From an uncultured Thermotogae bacterium (GTDB lineage: Bacteria; Bipolaricaulota; Bipolaricaulia; RBG-16-55-9): a DNA stretch of 64,000 nt. The DNA lies in assembly GCA_964567595.1 (NCBI GenBank), contig CAZMNF010000004.1, positions 3,744 to 67,743 of the forward strand. The letters are read 5' to 3'. Below the pieces are notes generated by a model. It ran no database searches. It saw only the letters and a list, made by a program, of their open reading frames with translations, and was not told the origin of the DNA. Below are positions 1 through 9,342 of the stretch, one piece after another. The translations under genes and the position numbers were made by a program. The stretch's first letter is position 1, and every line of letters starts with the position of its first letter.

Positions 1-411
1 CTGGCCGACCGCGACAGCGAGGCTTACGACCAGGTCGTGGCGGCCTGGCAAATGCCCAAAGACACGGAAGAAGCCGAGAACGAACGCCGCGAGGCCTTGC
101 AGGCCGCCTACAAGACGGCAACGGAGATTCCCCATCGCATCGCTCAGGTCTGTTCGAAGGTGCTTGAGCTGGCTGAGCGAGCCGTGCAGCGCGGCATTCG
201 GGCGGGATTGAGCGACGCCGCCACCGCGGCGGAACTGGCGGAAGCGTCGCTGCACTCCGCGCTGTTGGTGATGGACATCAACCTCAAGTCGGTCGAGGAC
301 GAGCGCTACCGGCACGTCTACCACAACAAGGTCGTCCACCTCGGCAAGCAGGCCCGCGAGCGCAAGGACGCCGTCCTCGCCATCGCCGAGAACTGGATTC
401 GGCCCGAGTAG
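1..411 (+). CDS. cyclodeaminase/cyclohydrolase family protein (FtcD-like), 5'-partial at window edge
   Basis: ORF 37..411 is in frame from nt 1 (LADRDSEAYDQVVAAWQM...). The C-terminal helical region resembles the formiminotransferase-cyclodeaminase / methenyl-THF cyclohydrolase-like family. Confidence 0.55.
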   Translation: MADRDSEAYDQVVAAWQMPKDTEEAENERREALQAAYKTATEIPHRIAQVCSKVLELAERAVQRGIRAGLSDAATAAELAEASLHSALLVMDINLKSVEDERYRHVYHNKVVHLGKQARERKDAVLAIAENWIRPE

Positions 412-424
412 TTTCTCCCCACCG

Positions 425-1219
425 ATGGCCCCAGCGGCATCCTCGCACGCCTCCTACCTCGACGTCGCCACCGAAGCCGCCCGCGGCGCGGGGGCTCTGG
501 CCCGGGCGCGCGTGGTCGGTGATACGGACTACGCCTTGAAGGGCAGCCGCCACGACCTCGTCACCGAGGTCGATCACTTGGCCGAAGCGCGCATCGTCGA
601 GCTCATCTCCGCGGCCTTCCCCGATCACGGCGTCCTGTCCGAGGAGCGCGAGCCCCATCAGCTCGATGCCCGTTTCCGCTGGGTGATTGACCCCATTGAC
701 GGCACCACCAACTTTGCCCATGGCATCCCGTTCTTTTCCGTGTCGATCGCGCTGGAGGACGAGGGGCGATTGGTTTTGGGGGTGCTCTACGACCCGATGC
801 GCGACGAGCTCTTCACGGCCGAGGCCGGCCGGGGCGCTTACCTGGACGGCCGGCCGATGCGGGCATCCGCGGTGAGCCGACTGGATCGGGCCGTGCTCGC
901 CACGGGGTTTCCGCACGAGCCCGAGCTGCGCCGGGCCAACGTGCGCAACTTCGAGCGCTTCGTCCCCGTCGCCCAGGGCCTCCGGCGCATGGGCTCGGCG
1001 GCGCTGGCGCTGGCGTACGTGGCCGCCGGCCGCCTCGACGGCTACTGGGACCTCGACCTGAGTCGCTGGGACCTGGCCGCGGGCGCGTTGCTGGTCAGCG
1101 AAGCCGGGGGCCAGGTGACCAACAGTCGAGGCGGGCCCCTAGCGACCGACGAGGGCGACGTTATCGCCGCCAACGGCCATCTGCACGAGGCGATCTTGAC
1201 GCATCTCCAAGGGGGTTGA
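425..1219 (+). CDS. inositol monophosphatase family protein (SuhB-like)
   Basis: 264 aa with the IMPase motifs EEREP...WVIDPIDGTTNF...DP..DE and a WDLAAG C-terminal motif. It lies 14 nt after the upstream gene. Confidence 0.85.
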   Translation: MAPAASSHASYLDVATEAARGAGALARARVVGDTDYALKGSRHDLVTEVDHLAEARIVELISAAFPDHGVLSEEREPHQLDARFRWVIDPIDGTTNFAHGIPFFSVSIALEDEGRLVLGVLYDPMRDELFTAEAGRGAYLDGRPMRASAVSRLDRAVLATGFPHEPELRRANVRNFERFVPVAQGLRRMGSAALALAYVAAGRLDGYWDLDLSRWDLAAGALLVSEAGGQVTNSRGGPLATDEGDVIAANGHLHEAILTHLQGG

Positions 1220-1222
1220 GCG

Positions 1223-2512
1223 ATGGAGTCGATTCGCATCCGAGAGATTCCCCACCACCTGGACGAACCGATCGAGCTGCACGGCTGGCTGCACAACCGC
1301 CGCTCCAGCGGCGGCATCCAGTTCCTCATGGTCCGGGACGGCAGCGGCGTCATCCAGAGCGTCGTCAAAGCCGAGAACGAACCGGCGTTCGAGACGGCCG
1401 AAGCGCTCTCCCAAGAGTCGGCGATCGTCGTCCGCGGCACGGCCAAGGAGGATCCACGCGCCCCGACGGGCTACGAGCTGGCCGTGGATGAGCTGGAGCT
1501 CGTCCATCAAGCCCAGGATTACCCCATCACGCCCAAGGAGCACGGGGTCGGCTTTCTCATGGATCACCGGCACCTGTGGCTGCGCTCCTACTATCAAGCC
1601 CCCGTCTTGCGCATCCGCCACGAGGTCCTGCGGGCCGTTCGCGATTATTTTGACGGCCTCGGCTTCGTCGCCACCGAAACCCCGATCTTGACATCCACGT
1701 CAGTCGAGGGGACGACGGAGCTGTTCGAGGTCGGCTACTTCGACGACACGGCGTACCTGTCGCAGAGCGGGCAGCTCTATCTGGAAGCCACAGCGATGGC
1801 GCTCGGGGAGGTCTACTGGGTCGGGCCGACGTTCCGCGCGGAGCGCTCCAAGACCCGGAAGCATTTGACGGAGTTCTGGATGGCCGAGGCGGAGATGGCC
1901 TTCTGCGATCACGAGTGCAACCTCCGTTACCAGGAAGATCTGATCCGCTTCGTCATCGAGCGGGTGTTGGAGCGGAACGCGTCGGAGCTAGCCCGCTTAG
2001 CGCGGGACACGGCCCCGTTGGAGCGTGCCCTGGAGGAGCCGTTCGCGCGGGTCACCTACGACGAATCCATTGCCATTCTCCGCTCTGAGGGCCACGAGAT
2101 CGCCTGGGGCGAGGACTACGGCGCCCCCGACGAGGAAGCGCTGGCGGCCCACTTCGGCAAGCCCGTCTTTGTGGAAAAGTTCCCCGCCCAGATGAAGGCG
2201 TTCTACATGGAGCCCGACCCCGCCAACCCCGACGTCGTCATGGCGGCCGACCTGCTGGCTCCCGAGGGCTACGGGGAGATCATCGGCGGCAGCCAGCGCA
2301 TCGACGACGAGGCGCTGCTGGTGCAGAAGCTCGAGGAGTTCGGCCTGCCACGCGAGCCCTACGAGTGGTACGTCGACCTGCGCAAATACGGCTCCGTGCC
2401 GCACTCGGGCTTCGGCATGGGCGTGGAGCGCTTGGTGGCCTGGATGGCCGGGGCCGACCATCTGCGCGAGTGCATCCCGTTCCCCCGGATGTTGTATCGG
2501 CTCACGCCGTGA
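1223..2512 (+). CDS. asnS: asparaginyl-tRNA synthetase (class IIb aaRS)
   Basis: 429 aa with class II motifs FRAERSKTRKHLTEFWMAEAEMAF and GGSQRIDDEALL...GMGVERLV. The size fits AsnRS (archaeal-type AspRS is not fully excluded). Confidence 0.8.
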   Translation: MESIRIREIPHHLDEPIELHGWLHNRRSSGGIQFLMVRDGSGVIQSVVKAENEPAFETAEALSQESAIVVRGTAKEDPRAPTGYELAVDELELVHQAQDYPITPKEHGVGFLMDHRHLWLRSYYQAPVLRIRHEVLRAVRDYFDGLGFVATETPILTSTSVEGTTELFEVGYFDDTAYLSQSGQLYLEATAMALGEVYWVGPTFRAERSKTRKHLTEFWMAEAEMAFCDHECNLRYQEDLIRFVIERVLERNASELARLARDTAPLERALEEPFARVTYDESIAILRSEGHEIAWGEDYGAPDEEALAAHFGKPVFVEKFPAQMKAFYMEPDPANPDVVMAADLLAPEGYGEIIGGSQRIDDEALLVQKLEEFGLPREPYEWYVDLRKYGSVPHSGFGMGVERLVAWMAGADHLRECIPFPRMLYRLTP

Positions 2513-2555
2513 GGATCCGTATCGCTATGGCTAGCTCTGTCCCCACTGATCCGTC

Positions 2556-3884
2556 ATGTCCACCGCACCTCGCCCCTTGAACGTCTTCGTGCTCGGATAC
2601 AACGATGCCGACGTGGCCCGGCTCCACCGCCTGCCCCGTGCCGAGACGTGTGCGTTCCATTCGGCGTTGCACCTGGATGAGATTCGCGGCGTCGCGACGT
2701 TCGAGGTCGACGAGCTGATCGAGCGGGCCGCCGAGCGCATGGCGGCCGCAGACGGCGGCCCGGACGCCGTTGTGGCCTTCTTCGACTTCCCGGCCACGAC
2801 GATCTTGCCCATCCTGGCCGAGCAGTTCGGCCTACCCGGCCCCGACCTGGAGGGCGTCCTCAAGTGCGAGCACAAGTACTGGAGCCGCCTGGAACAGCGC
2901 GAGGCGATTCCCGACCACACGCCGCCGTTTCGCCCGTTCGACCCGTGCGCCGTCGACGACGGGACGCCGTTGCCGTTGGCGTCGCCCTTCTGGATCAAGC
3001 CGATCAAGTCCTTCCGCTCGTATTTGGGGTTTATGGTCAACGATGAGGTCGAGTTCCGGCGCTACGCCGCCGAGATGTGTGAGCACCTCGGCTACGTCGT
3101 CGAGCCGTTCGTCGCCGTGTTGCAAGATTTCCATATGCCGGCCGAGATCGCCCACATGCGCGAGTCCTGCTTGGCCGAAGGCCTGATCGGCGGCGCGCAG
3201 TGCACCGCCGAGGGCTACGTCGACGACGCGGAGGACGTGGTCATCTACGGCGTCGTCGACTCGGTGCGCGAGCCGAACCGGTCTTCGTTCCAGCGCTACG
3301 AGTACCCCTCGTCGTTGCCCATGGAGGTCCAACACCGCATGGCCGAGATCGCCCGCCGACTGGTGCGCCGGATCGGCCTGCGGCGGAGCTGCTTCAACGT
3401 CGAGCTCTTCTGGAACCCGACCATCGATCAGATTTGGCTGCTGGAGATCAACCCGCGCCTGTCGCAGTCGCATGCCGGGCTGTTCGAGCGGGTGCATGGG
3501 CTCCCGCACCAGAGCCACATGCTCGACCTCGCCCTGGGGCGCCGTCCGACGGAGCTGCCCGACGCCGGACGGTTCCAGCGCGCGGCCAAGTGCTTCCTTC
3601 GGGTGTATCAGAGCGGCCGCGTCCGTCGAGTGCCGAGCGATGCCGAGATCGAACGCCTCCAGCAGGACCTGCCCGGCACGTCCGTCCAGATCCACGTCGA
3701 GCCGGGCCAGCACCTGGACGAGCTGCCCGATCAGGACAGCTACAGCTATGAGGTCGGCTACCTCGTCATCGGCGCCGACGACGAGACGGAGCTTTTGGAG
3801 ACCTACGAGGCTGCCCTGGCGCGCTTGACCTTTGAGATCGAGCGCAACGACCGCAGCCTCGACCTGCGCGGCTCGGCCGAATGA
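2556..3884 (+). CDS. ATP-grasp domain protein (carboxylate-amine ligase-like)
   Basis: 442 aa with an ATP-grasp-like core (FWIKPIKSF...E.L..NPRLSQSH...). The specific substrate is unknown. Confidence 0.55.
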   Translation: MSTAPRPLNVFVLGYNDADVARLHRLPRAETCAFHSALHLDEIRGVATFEVDELIERAAERMAAADGGPDAVVAFFDFPATTILPILAEQFGLPGPDLEGVLKCEHKYWSRLEQREAIPDHTPPFRPFDPCAVDDGTPLPLASPFWIKPIKSFRSYLGFMVNDEVEFRRYAAEMCEHLGYVVEPFVAVLQDFHMPAEIAHMRESCLAEGLIGGAQCTAEGYVDDAEDVVIYGVVDSVREPNRSSFQRYEYPSSLPMEVQHRMAEIARRLVRRIGLRRSCFNVELFWNPTIDQIWLLEINPRLSQSHAGLFERVHGLPHQSHMLDLALGRRPTELPDAGRFQRAAKCFLRVYQSGRVRRVPSDAEIERLQQDLPGTSVQIHVEPGQHLDELPDQDSYSYEVGYLVIGADDETELLETYEAALARLTFEIERNDRSLDLRGSAE

Positions 3885-3919
3885 GCGACGAGGCCCGCCC
3901 GCTGGAGGAGACCTGAACG

Positions 3920-5965
3920 ATGCGCATCAAGACCGAATTCCCGCGGCCCGTCCGTGAGATCAAGAACGCCTGGATTCCCCTGAGCGACGGCACCCGGCTC
4001 GCCGCCTCCGTCTGGCTGCCCGAAGACGCCCGCGAACGCCCCGTCCCGGCCATTCTGGAGTACATCCCGTATCGCAAATCCGACGCTACCGCACCGCGCG
4101 ACGCCCGCAACCATCCCTACTTTGCCGGCCACGGCTATGCGTCCGTCCGCGTCGACATCCGCGGCAGCGGCAATTCCGAGGGGATCCTCTACGACGAGTA
4201 TCTGCCCCAAGAACAGCTCGACGCCTTGGAGGTGCTCGGCTGGATCGCCGAGCAGCCCTGGTGCACGGGCGAAATTGGGATGATCGGCATCTCCTGGGGC
4301 GGGTTCAACGGGCTCCAGGTCGCCGCCCATCGGCCGCCGGAACTGAAGGCCGTGGTGACCGTCTGTTCCACCGACGATCGCTACGCCGACGACGTCCACT
4401 ACATGGGCGGGGCCGTGATCGCCTCGGAGATGCTGCCCTGGGCGTCGAACATGCTCGTACGCAACGCCCGACCGCCCGACCCCGGCCACGTCGGCGAGCG
4501 CTGGCGCGAAATCTGGCTCGATCGGATGGAACGGACGCCGCCCTACGTGAACACCTGGCTGGCCCACCAACGACGGGACGATTATTGGAAACAGGGCTCG
4601 GTCTGCGAGGATTTCTCAAGTATTCAGTGCCCGGTCTACGCCGTCGGCGGCTGGGCGGACGCCTACACCAACGCGATCTTCCGGCTGTTGGACGGGCTGT
4701 CCGTGCCCTGCAAGGGCTTGATCGGGCCGTGGGCCCACGCCTATCCGCACATCGCCGTGCCGGGGCCGACGATCGACTTCCTGACCGAGTGCCTACGCTG
4801 GTGGGACCACTGGCTCAAGGGCATTGACACCGGCATCATGGACGAGCCCCCGCTGCGGGCCTGGATCCAGGACGGCGTCCCGCCCCAGAGCTATTACGAG
4901 CGCCGGCCCGGTCGCTGGGCGCGGACGTCGGGGTGGCCCGTGCCCGATCAGCCCGTGCGGCGCTATCGCCTGAGCGCGGGGAGTGCCCTTCACCCCGAAT
5001 CTGACGGCGCCGACGGCGATTCCGAGGGGTCGACGGAGCTGACCGTCTCCAGCCCGCAGACGACCGGCCTGGAGGCGGGCACCTGGTGCGCCTACGGGAA
5101 GCCGGCCGAGCTGCCGCCCGACCAACGCGCCGACGACGGGCGCTCGCTCTGCTTCACGTCGGCTCCCTTGGACGAACCCATGGAGATCTTCGGGTTCCCC
5201 AAGGCCCGGTTCGTGCTGGCGGCCGACCGCCCGGTCGCGCTGGCGGCGGTCCGGCTCTGTGACGTGGCGCCCTCCGGGGCCTCGACGCTCGTCACGCGCG
5301 GGGTGCTCAACCTGACCCATCGGCGCAGCCATGAGCGACCGGAGCCCTTGGAGCCGGGCACGTTCTATGACGTGACGATCGCCCTGAACGCCATCGGCTA
5401 CGCCGTGCCGGCGGGACACCGGCTGCGGTTGGCCGTCGCCTCGAGCTACTGGCCGCTGGCCTGGCCCGCCCCCGAGCCGGTGACCCTGACCGTCCGGCCT
5501 GAGGCGAGCGGGCTGACGCTGCCGATCTGGTCGCCCGACCGCGACGCCGCCGACGGCGAGCCCCCCTTCGCCCCGCCCGAGAGCGCGGAGCCGATCGACA
5601 CGGAGACGCTCCGCCACGGCGAGCTCAATCGCTACGTCGAGCAGAACCGCGGCCGGGAGACCGCTCGCCTCGTCGTGTTGGACGACTTCGGCCGCAAACG
5701 GCTGACGGACCGAGATCTGGAGATCGAGACGGTCCAGCGCGACGTCTACACCATCGGGGAGAGCGACCCGCTCTCGGCGGACGTGACATGCGAGCGCTCA
5801 CTCAGCCTCTTCCGCGGCGACTGGCAGGTCTGCGTCGAGACGCGCAGCGTGATGAGCGGCGACCGCGAGCAGTTTCACTTGACCAACGTGCTTGACGCCT
5901 ACGAGGAAGACGTGCGCGTCTTCACCAAGACCTGGGACACGTCGATTCCGCGCGATCACACCTGA
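3920..5965 (+). CDS. CocE/NonD family hydrolase (X-Pro dipeptidyl-peptidase S15-like)
   Basis: 681 aa with the N-terminal alpha/beta-hydrolase signature typical of CocE/NonD (VRVDIRGSGNSEG...IGMIGISWGGF) and a long C-terminal beta-sandwich. Confidence 0.8.
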   Translation: MRIKTEFPRPVREIKNAWIPLSDGTRLAASVWLPEDARERPVPAILEYIPYRKSDATAPRDARNHPYFAGHGYASVRVDIRGSGNSEGILYDEYLPQEQLDALEVLGWIAEQPWCTGEIGMIGISWGGFNGLQVAAHRPPELKAVVTVCSTDDRYADDVHYMGGAVIASEMLPWASNMLVRNARPPDPGHVGERWREIWLDRMERTPPYVNTWLAHQRRDDYWKQGSVCEDFSSIQCPVYAVGGWADAYTNAIFRLLDGLSVPCKGLIGPWAHAYPHIAVPGPTIDFLTECLRWWDHWLKGIDTGIMDEPPLRAWIQDGVPPQSYYERRPGRWARTSGWPVPDQPVRRYRLSAGSALHPESDGADGDSEGSTELTVSSPQTTGLEAGTWCAYGKPAELPPDQRADDGRSLCFTSAPLDEPMEIFGFPKARFVLAADRPVALAAVRLCDVAPSGASTLVTRGVLNLTHRRSHERPEPLEPGTFYDVTIALNAIGYAVPAGHRLRLAVASSYWPLAWPAPEPVTLTVRPEASGLTLPIWSPDRDAADGEPPFAPPESAEPIDTETLRHGELNRYVEQNRGRETARLVVLDDFGRKRLTDRDLEIETVQRDVYTIGESDPLSADVTCERSLSLFRGDWQVCVETRSVMSGDREQFHLTNVLDAYEEDVRVFTKTWDTSIPRDHT

Positions 5966-6030
5966 GTCCATCAAACCAATCCGCCGTGGCCGGGTCCCCG
6001 ATGCCGTCCGTGACCGGCAGCCCCCAGGAG

Positions 6031-6059
6031 TTGCGCCCTTTCGGCGGGTCTGCTATACT
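6031..6059 (+). promoter_or_regulatory. sigma70-like promoter for rpsF-ssb-rpsR (TTGCGC-N17-TATACT)
   Basis: -35 TTGCGC at 6031-6036, a 17-nt spacer, and -10 TATACT at 6054-6059. This would give a ~100-nt leader before rpsF. Confidence 0.4.
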
Positions 6060-6166
6060 GCTCATTTGGCCGTTGCCACGGTTCAACGTCTCAGCCTCGC
6101 TAAGCAGCACTTACGGACAAAACAGAATGGTTCCGCAGCGGCCGATAATCCCAGTCTCACGTCGAG

Positions 6167-6514
6167 GTGGTCGGACTGTCACGTGCGTACGAAGTGCTCT
6201 ACATCGTTCGTCCCGATGTGGATGAGGACGAATATTCGGAAGTGATCGGAAAGTTCGAGCAAGCCGTCAAGGACGAAGGCGGCGAGGTCGCCAACATCGA
6301 GGAATGGAACGTTCGTCCCTTCGCCTACGCCATCGAGCACTACGACCGAGGATATTACGTGCTCATGACGTTTGAGGGCGAGACCGACATCGTGCCCACG
6401 CTGCACGAGCGATTCAAGCTGGACAATCGCGTTCTCCGCCAACAGATCGTCCGTGTGGATGAGAGCGAATCCACACCCGAGACGTCCGACCGGACCGCAG
6501 GCGCGGCGGCGTGA
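6167..6514 (+). CDS. rpsF: 30S ribosomal protein S6
   Basis: GTG start overlapping the GAGGTGG RBS. The N-terminus YEVLYIVRPDVDE... is typical S6. It belongs to the conserved rpsF-ssb-rpsR arrangement. Confidence 0.85.
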   Translation: MVGLSRAYEVLYIVRPDVDEDEYSEVIGKFEQAVKDEGGEVANIEEWNVRPFAYAIEHYDRGYYVLMTFEGETDIVPTLHERFKLDNRVLRQQIVRVDESESTPETSDRTAGAAA

Positions 6515-6534
6515 GCCAAGGAGGCATCTGAGCG

Positions 6535-6966
6535 GTGCTGAACCACGTTGTCCTGATCGGGAACCTGACGGAAGATCCCGAGTTGCGCTATACGCAGAAC
6601 GGGACGGCGCGCGGGCGATTCCGCATCGCCGTCAACCGGCGTTACCGGGACCGCGAGGGCGTGCTCCAAGAGGAAGCGACGTTCGTGCCGATCGTCGTCT
6701 GGGGCGCGCAGGCGGAGAACTGCGCGAACTACCTCAACAAGGGCCGCCAAGTCGCCGTGGAGGGACGCCTGCGGATCGATTCGTTCACGCCCGAGGGCGA
6801 GGAGAAGCCCGTCAAGGTCGTGGAGGTCGTGGCCAACAACGTCCAGTTCCTCGGCGGTCCGGGCAGCGAAGGTCGGCCGGGGTCCGAATCGACGGGCGAA
6901 GCGAGCGACACGGATTCGACATCGGAGCAATCGACCGGCAACGGGGATGAGGAGGTGCCGTTTTGA
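6535..6966 (+). CDS. ssb: single-stranded DNA-binding protein
   Basis: GTG start 10 nt after AAGGAGG. The OB-fold N-terminus (LNHVVLIGNLTEDPELRYT...) is followed by an acidic/Gly-rich tail ending DEEVPF. Confidence 0.9.
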   Translation: MLNHVVLIGNLTEDPELRYTQNGTARGRFRIAVNRRYRDREGVLQEEATFVPIVVWGAQAENCANYLNKGRQVAVEGRLRIDSFTPEGEEKPVKVVEVVANNVQFLGGPGSEGRPGSESTGEASDTDSTSEQSTGNGDEEVPF

Positions 6967-7181
6967 GACGTCGCAAGAAGCGATTTGTCTGTGAGATCTG
7001 CAAGCACGACATCACATTGACTTACAAGCGCCCCGACGAGCTGAAGCGCTACGTCAACCGCCTGGGCAAGATCCTGCCTCGGCGCGTCACCAAGATGTGC
7101 TCCAAGCATCAGCGTTGGCTCCGTCAGGAAGTCAAGCGCGCGCGCAACATGGCGCTCCTTCCCTACGAGATTGACCAGTAA
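6963..7181 (+). CDS. rpsR: 30S ribosomal protein S18
   Basis: TTG start overlapping the ssb stop (TTGA), with a GAGGAGG RBS 8 nt upstream. The S18 signature is RRRKKRF.CEIC...RPDELKRYV. Confidence 0.9.
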   Translation: MRRRKKRFVCEICKHDITLTYKRPDELKRYVNRLGKILPRRVTKMCSKHQRWLRQEVKRARNMALLPYEIDQ

Positions 7182-7204
7182 AGCCTGCGATCGCGCCCGT
7201 CCCC

Positions 7205-7231
7205 GAGCTGGCCTCAAGAGGCTGCCAGCTC
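7205..7231 (+). terminator. GC-rich hairpin, putative intrinsic terminator after rpsR
   Basis: GAGCTGGC...GCCAGCTC forms an 8-bp perfect stem with a CTC/GAG inner stem. It starts 24 nt after the rpsR stop and has no U-tract (common in high-GC genomes). Confidence 0.45.
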
Positions 7232-7483
7232 ACGGCGGGGCCATAGCCCTCGGGTGGTGTGAGGTTTCCTAGTTGGTTTCTCGCCCTGTCGTCGATGGGT
7301 CGTAGCCCTCAGCCCTCCCGAAAGCCTCCGAACGGCCCACCGGCACGGTCCAGCCCTCGAAGCCGGAACGGCGTGGGCAACTCTACCCGAGTTCCGCCCC
7401 AGCTGAGCGAGACGAGGGCGCCTCAGGATGTTCCCGCTTGGTCGCTAAATAGGGGACCCCGGAGGGCATGACGTGAGGCCAGG
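7232..7483 (+). other. long (~250 nt) non-coding leader upstream of the cation antiporter gene; candidate cis-regulatory RNA
   Basis: No convincing ORF: the 70-aa ORF at 7259..7471 is Pro/Arg/Ser-rich junk. The next CDS starts at 7484. Confidence 0.25.
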
Positions 7484-8827
7484 GTGCGGGAGCGACCGAC
7501 CATGAATCGCCGAACCGCCGCATCTCTCATCACTGTAACCGCCATCACGCTCCCGTGGATGGGGAGCTTCCTCGCCCAGATCGCCGCTGATTACGCCACC
7601 CTCCCCACGGTTGCGATTAGCGGCATTGCCGTTCTGGGGGCGTCGTTCCTGCTGACGTGGGGAGCCGAGACCGCCGAGAAGGACGTGCCCCGGGCGTTCG
7701 CCATTGCCGTGCTCGCGGTCTTGGCCGTGGCCCCGGAATACGCCGTGGACGCGCTGTACGCCTGGAACGCCGGCCAGTATGCAGGCACACCGGCCGGCAC
7801 CGAAGCCGGGAACCTCGCCGTCGCCAACATGACCGGGGCCAACCGGATCCTGATCGGCATCGGGTGGGCCGGCATCGCGCTGTTCACGATCCTCCGACGC
7901 GGGGCGTCCAGCGATCCGGCCGTCAAGCGGCGCTCGGGGATCTTCGCCGATGCCGTCGGGCTCGATCGTGGCCTCGGCGTCGAAGTCATCTTCCTCATGG
8001 CGGCGACGCTCTGGGCGTTCCTTGTGCCGCTCAATGGCGGAATCGACATCGCCGACACGCTGGTGCTGGTCTCGCTCTATGCCCTCTACATCATCGTTGT
8101 CCTCCGCGACGAGCGCGAGCACGCGGAGGAGCACGTCGGCGTGCCCGCCCATCTCCAGACCTTGGCCAAGCCCGTTCGCGTCAGCATCGTCATCGCGCTC
8201 TTTCTCTATTCGGGCCTGGTGATCGTAACCGCCGTTGAGCCCTTCGCCCACGGCCTGGAGGAACTCGGGGTGCAGCTCGGCATTCCGCCGTTTTTCATGA
8301 TCCAGTGGATCGCCCCGCTGGCCTCGGAGTCGCCTGAGCTGATCGTGGTGTTGGTCCTGGTCAACAAGGCCCGTTCCACCGCGGGGTTCAACGCGTTAAT
8401 CTCGTCGAAGCTCAATCAGTGGACGCTGCTGATCGGGACGCTGGCCATCGTCTATTCCATCGCGCTCGGCGGTTACGGCGAACTCCCCTTCGATCAGAAG
8501 CAGGCAGGCGAGATCTGGATCACCGCCGCGCAATCCTTCTTCGCGCTCGCGCTCATCGTGGACTTGCGCTTCTCGCTGCGTGAGGCGATGGGGCTGTTCG
8601 TGCTGTTCATTTCGCAGGTGATTATAGAGTTCCTCGTCATTCGAGACATTGTAACCATCCCCATTTCTACGTATGAGCTATTGTTGGCGTACAGCGTTGT
8701 CTACGTCGGGCTTGGTCTCGGGCTGTTTGCCCTCCGCCGGCGGGCCCTTCTGCAAATGTTCACGCAATCGGGAGCCGTGATCGGCCGTGCGCTGTCCCGG
8801 CAACCTCAGCGCCGCGAAGCCGACTGA
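7484..8827 (+). CDS. CaCA-family (sodium/calcium exchanger-like) cation antiporter membrane protein
   Basis: 447 aa and polytopic. It has two internal repeats with GxExAE / ESPEL motifs (GAETAEKDV...; LASESPELIVVLVLV) resembling CaCA alpha-repeats. Confidence 0.55.
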   Translation: MRERPTMNRRTAASLITVTAITLPWMGSFLAQIAADYATLPTVAISGIAVLGASFLLTWGAETAEKDVPRAFAIAVLAVLAVAPEYAVDALYAWNAGQYAGTPAGTEAGNLAVANMTGANRILIGIGWAGIALFTILRRGASSDPAVKRRSGIFADAVGLDRGLGVEVIFLMAATLWAFLVPLNGGIDIADTLVLVSLYALYIIVVLRDEREHAEEHVGVPAHLQTLAKPVRVSIVIALFLYSGLVIVTAVEPFAHGLEELGVQLGIPPFFMIQWIAPLASESPELIVVLVLVNKARSTAGFNALISSKLNQWTLLIGTLAIVYSIALGGYGELPFDQKQAGEIWITAAQSFFALALIVDLRFSLREAMGLFVLFISQVIIEFLVIRDIVTIPISTYELLLAYSVVYVGLGLGLFALRRRALLQMFTQSGAVIGRALSRQPQRREAD

Positions 8828-9033
8828 CGCTCACGCTTAGGGGACCGATCGTCCAGCCGGGCACCTCTCGCCCATGAGCGCGGCCTGCCTAGCCTCAACT
8901 TGGCTGGACCCGTCCGCCACGAGGAATACTCTTCAAGTCGAGGGCAGAACTTGACCGTCTTATCTGTACGAATGTTCAATAAGCCGACGCGTCAGGTAAG
9001 AAGAAGTGCCCACGCGCCCGCAGGCGGCCAGCT

Positions 9034-9201
9034 CTAGCCCTTCGAGTCCTTCTTCTCTTCCTTTTCCAGATACTCCTGGATCGCTTGAACGGCCAAGTAG
9101 TTGACCGAGCGATCCCGCTTTTGGGCGAGGTCCTGCAGTCGCTCCAGGACCTGCTCGTTCTGATACTTCTGCGGCAGGTAGATGGTAATGGTAGATCGCA
9201 C
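9034..9201 (-). CDS. ribbon-helix-helix (CopG/Arc/MetJ-like) DNA-binding protein
   Basis: GTG start at 9199-9201 lies 5 nt after an AGGGGAGAGA RBS. The product is VRSTITIYLPQKYQNEQVLERLQDLAQKRDRSVNYLAVQAIQEYL... (56 aa), a beta-strand/helix/helix pattern. The ORF-track 77-aa version is an upstream extension. Confidence 0.65.
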   Translation of the reverse strand: MRSTITIYLPQKYQNEQVLERLQDLAQKRDRSVNYLAVQAIQEYLEKEEKKDSKG

Positions 9202-9342
9202 GGTTCTCTCCCCTATCCTTTCGAAAATTCGAAGCGACGCACCCCTGAGCGTCGCTTCTGAGGACATCGTAGCGAATGGGCCGGCCGATGTGAAGGCCGA
9301 CGGCCAACGGAAAACTTGGACACGAATTCCGACCGATCCTGG

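Noticed and set aside
284-916. 210-aa reverse-strand ORF overlapping the cyclodeaminase and IMPase genes
   Set aside because: Arg/Gly/Pro-rich low-complexity translation antisense to well-supported genes; a typical high-GC spurious ORF. The same reasoning applies to 2832..3713-, 3803..4570-, 4793..5617-, 9410..10312-, 9949..10938+, 21120..22196-, 42443..43159+, 46325..48028-, 46393..47178+, 49522..50841-, 49872..50690+, 51871..52668+, 55106..56767- and 55342..56088+.
7259-7471. 70-aa ORF in the leader upstream of the antiporter gene
   Set aside because: Pro/Ser/Arg-rich with no RBS. It is treated as non-coding leader.
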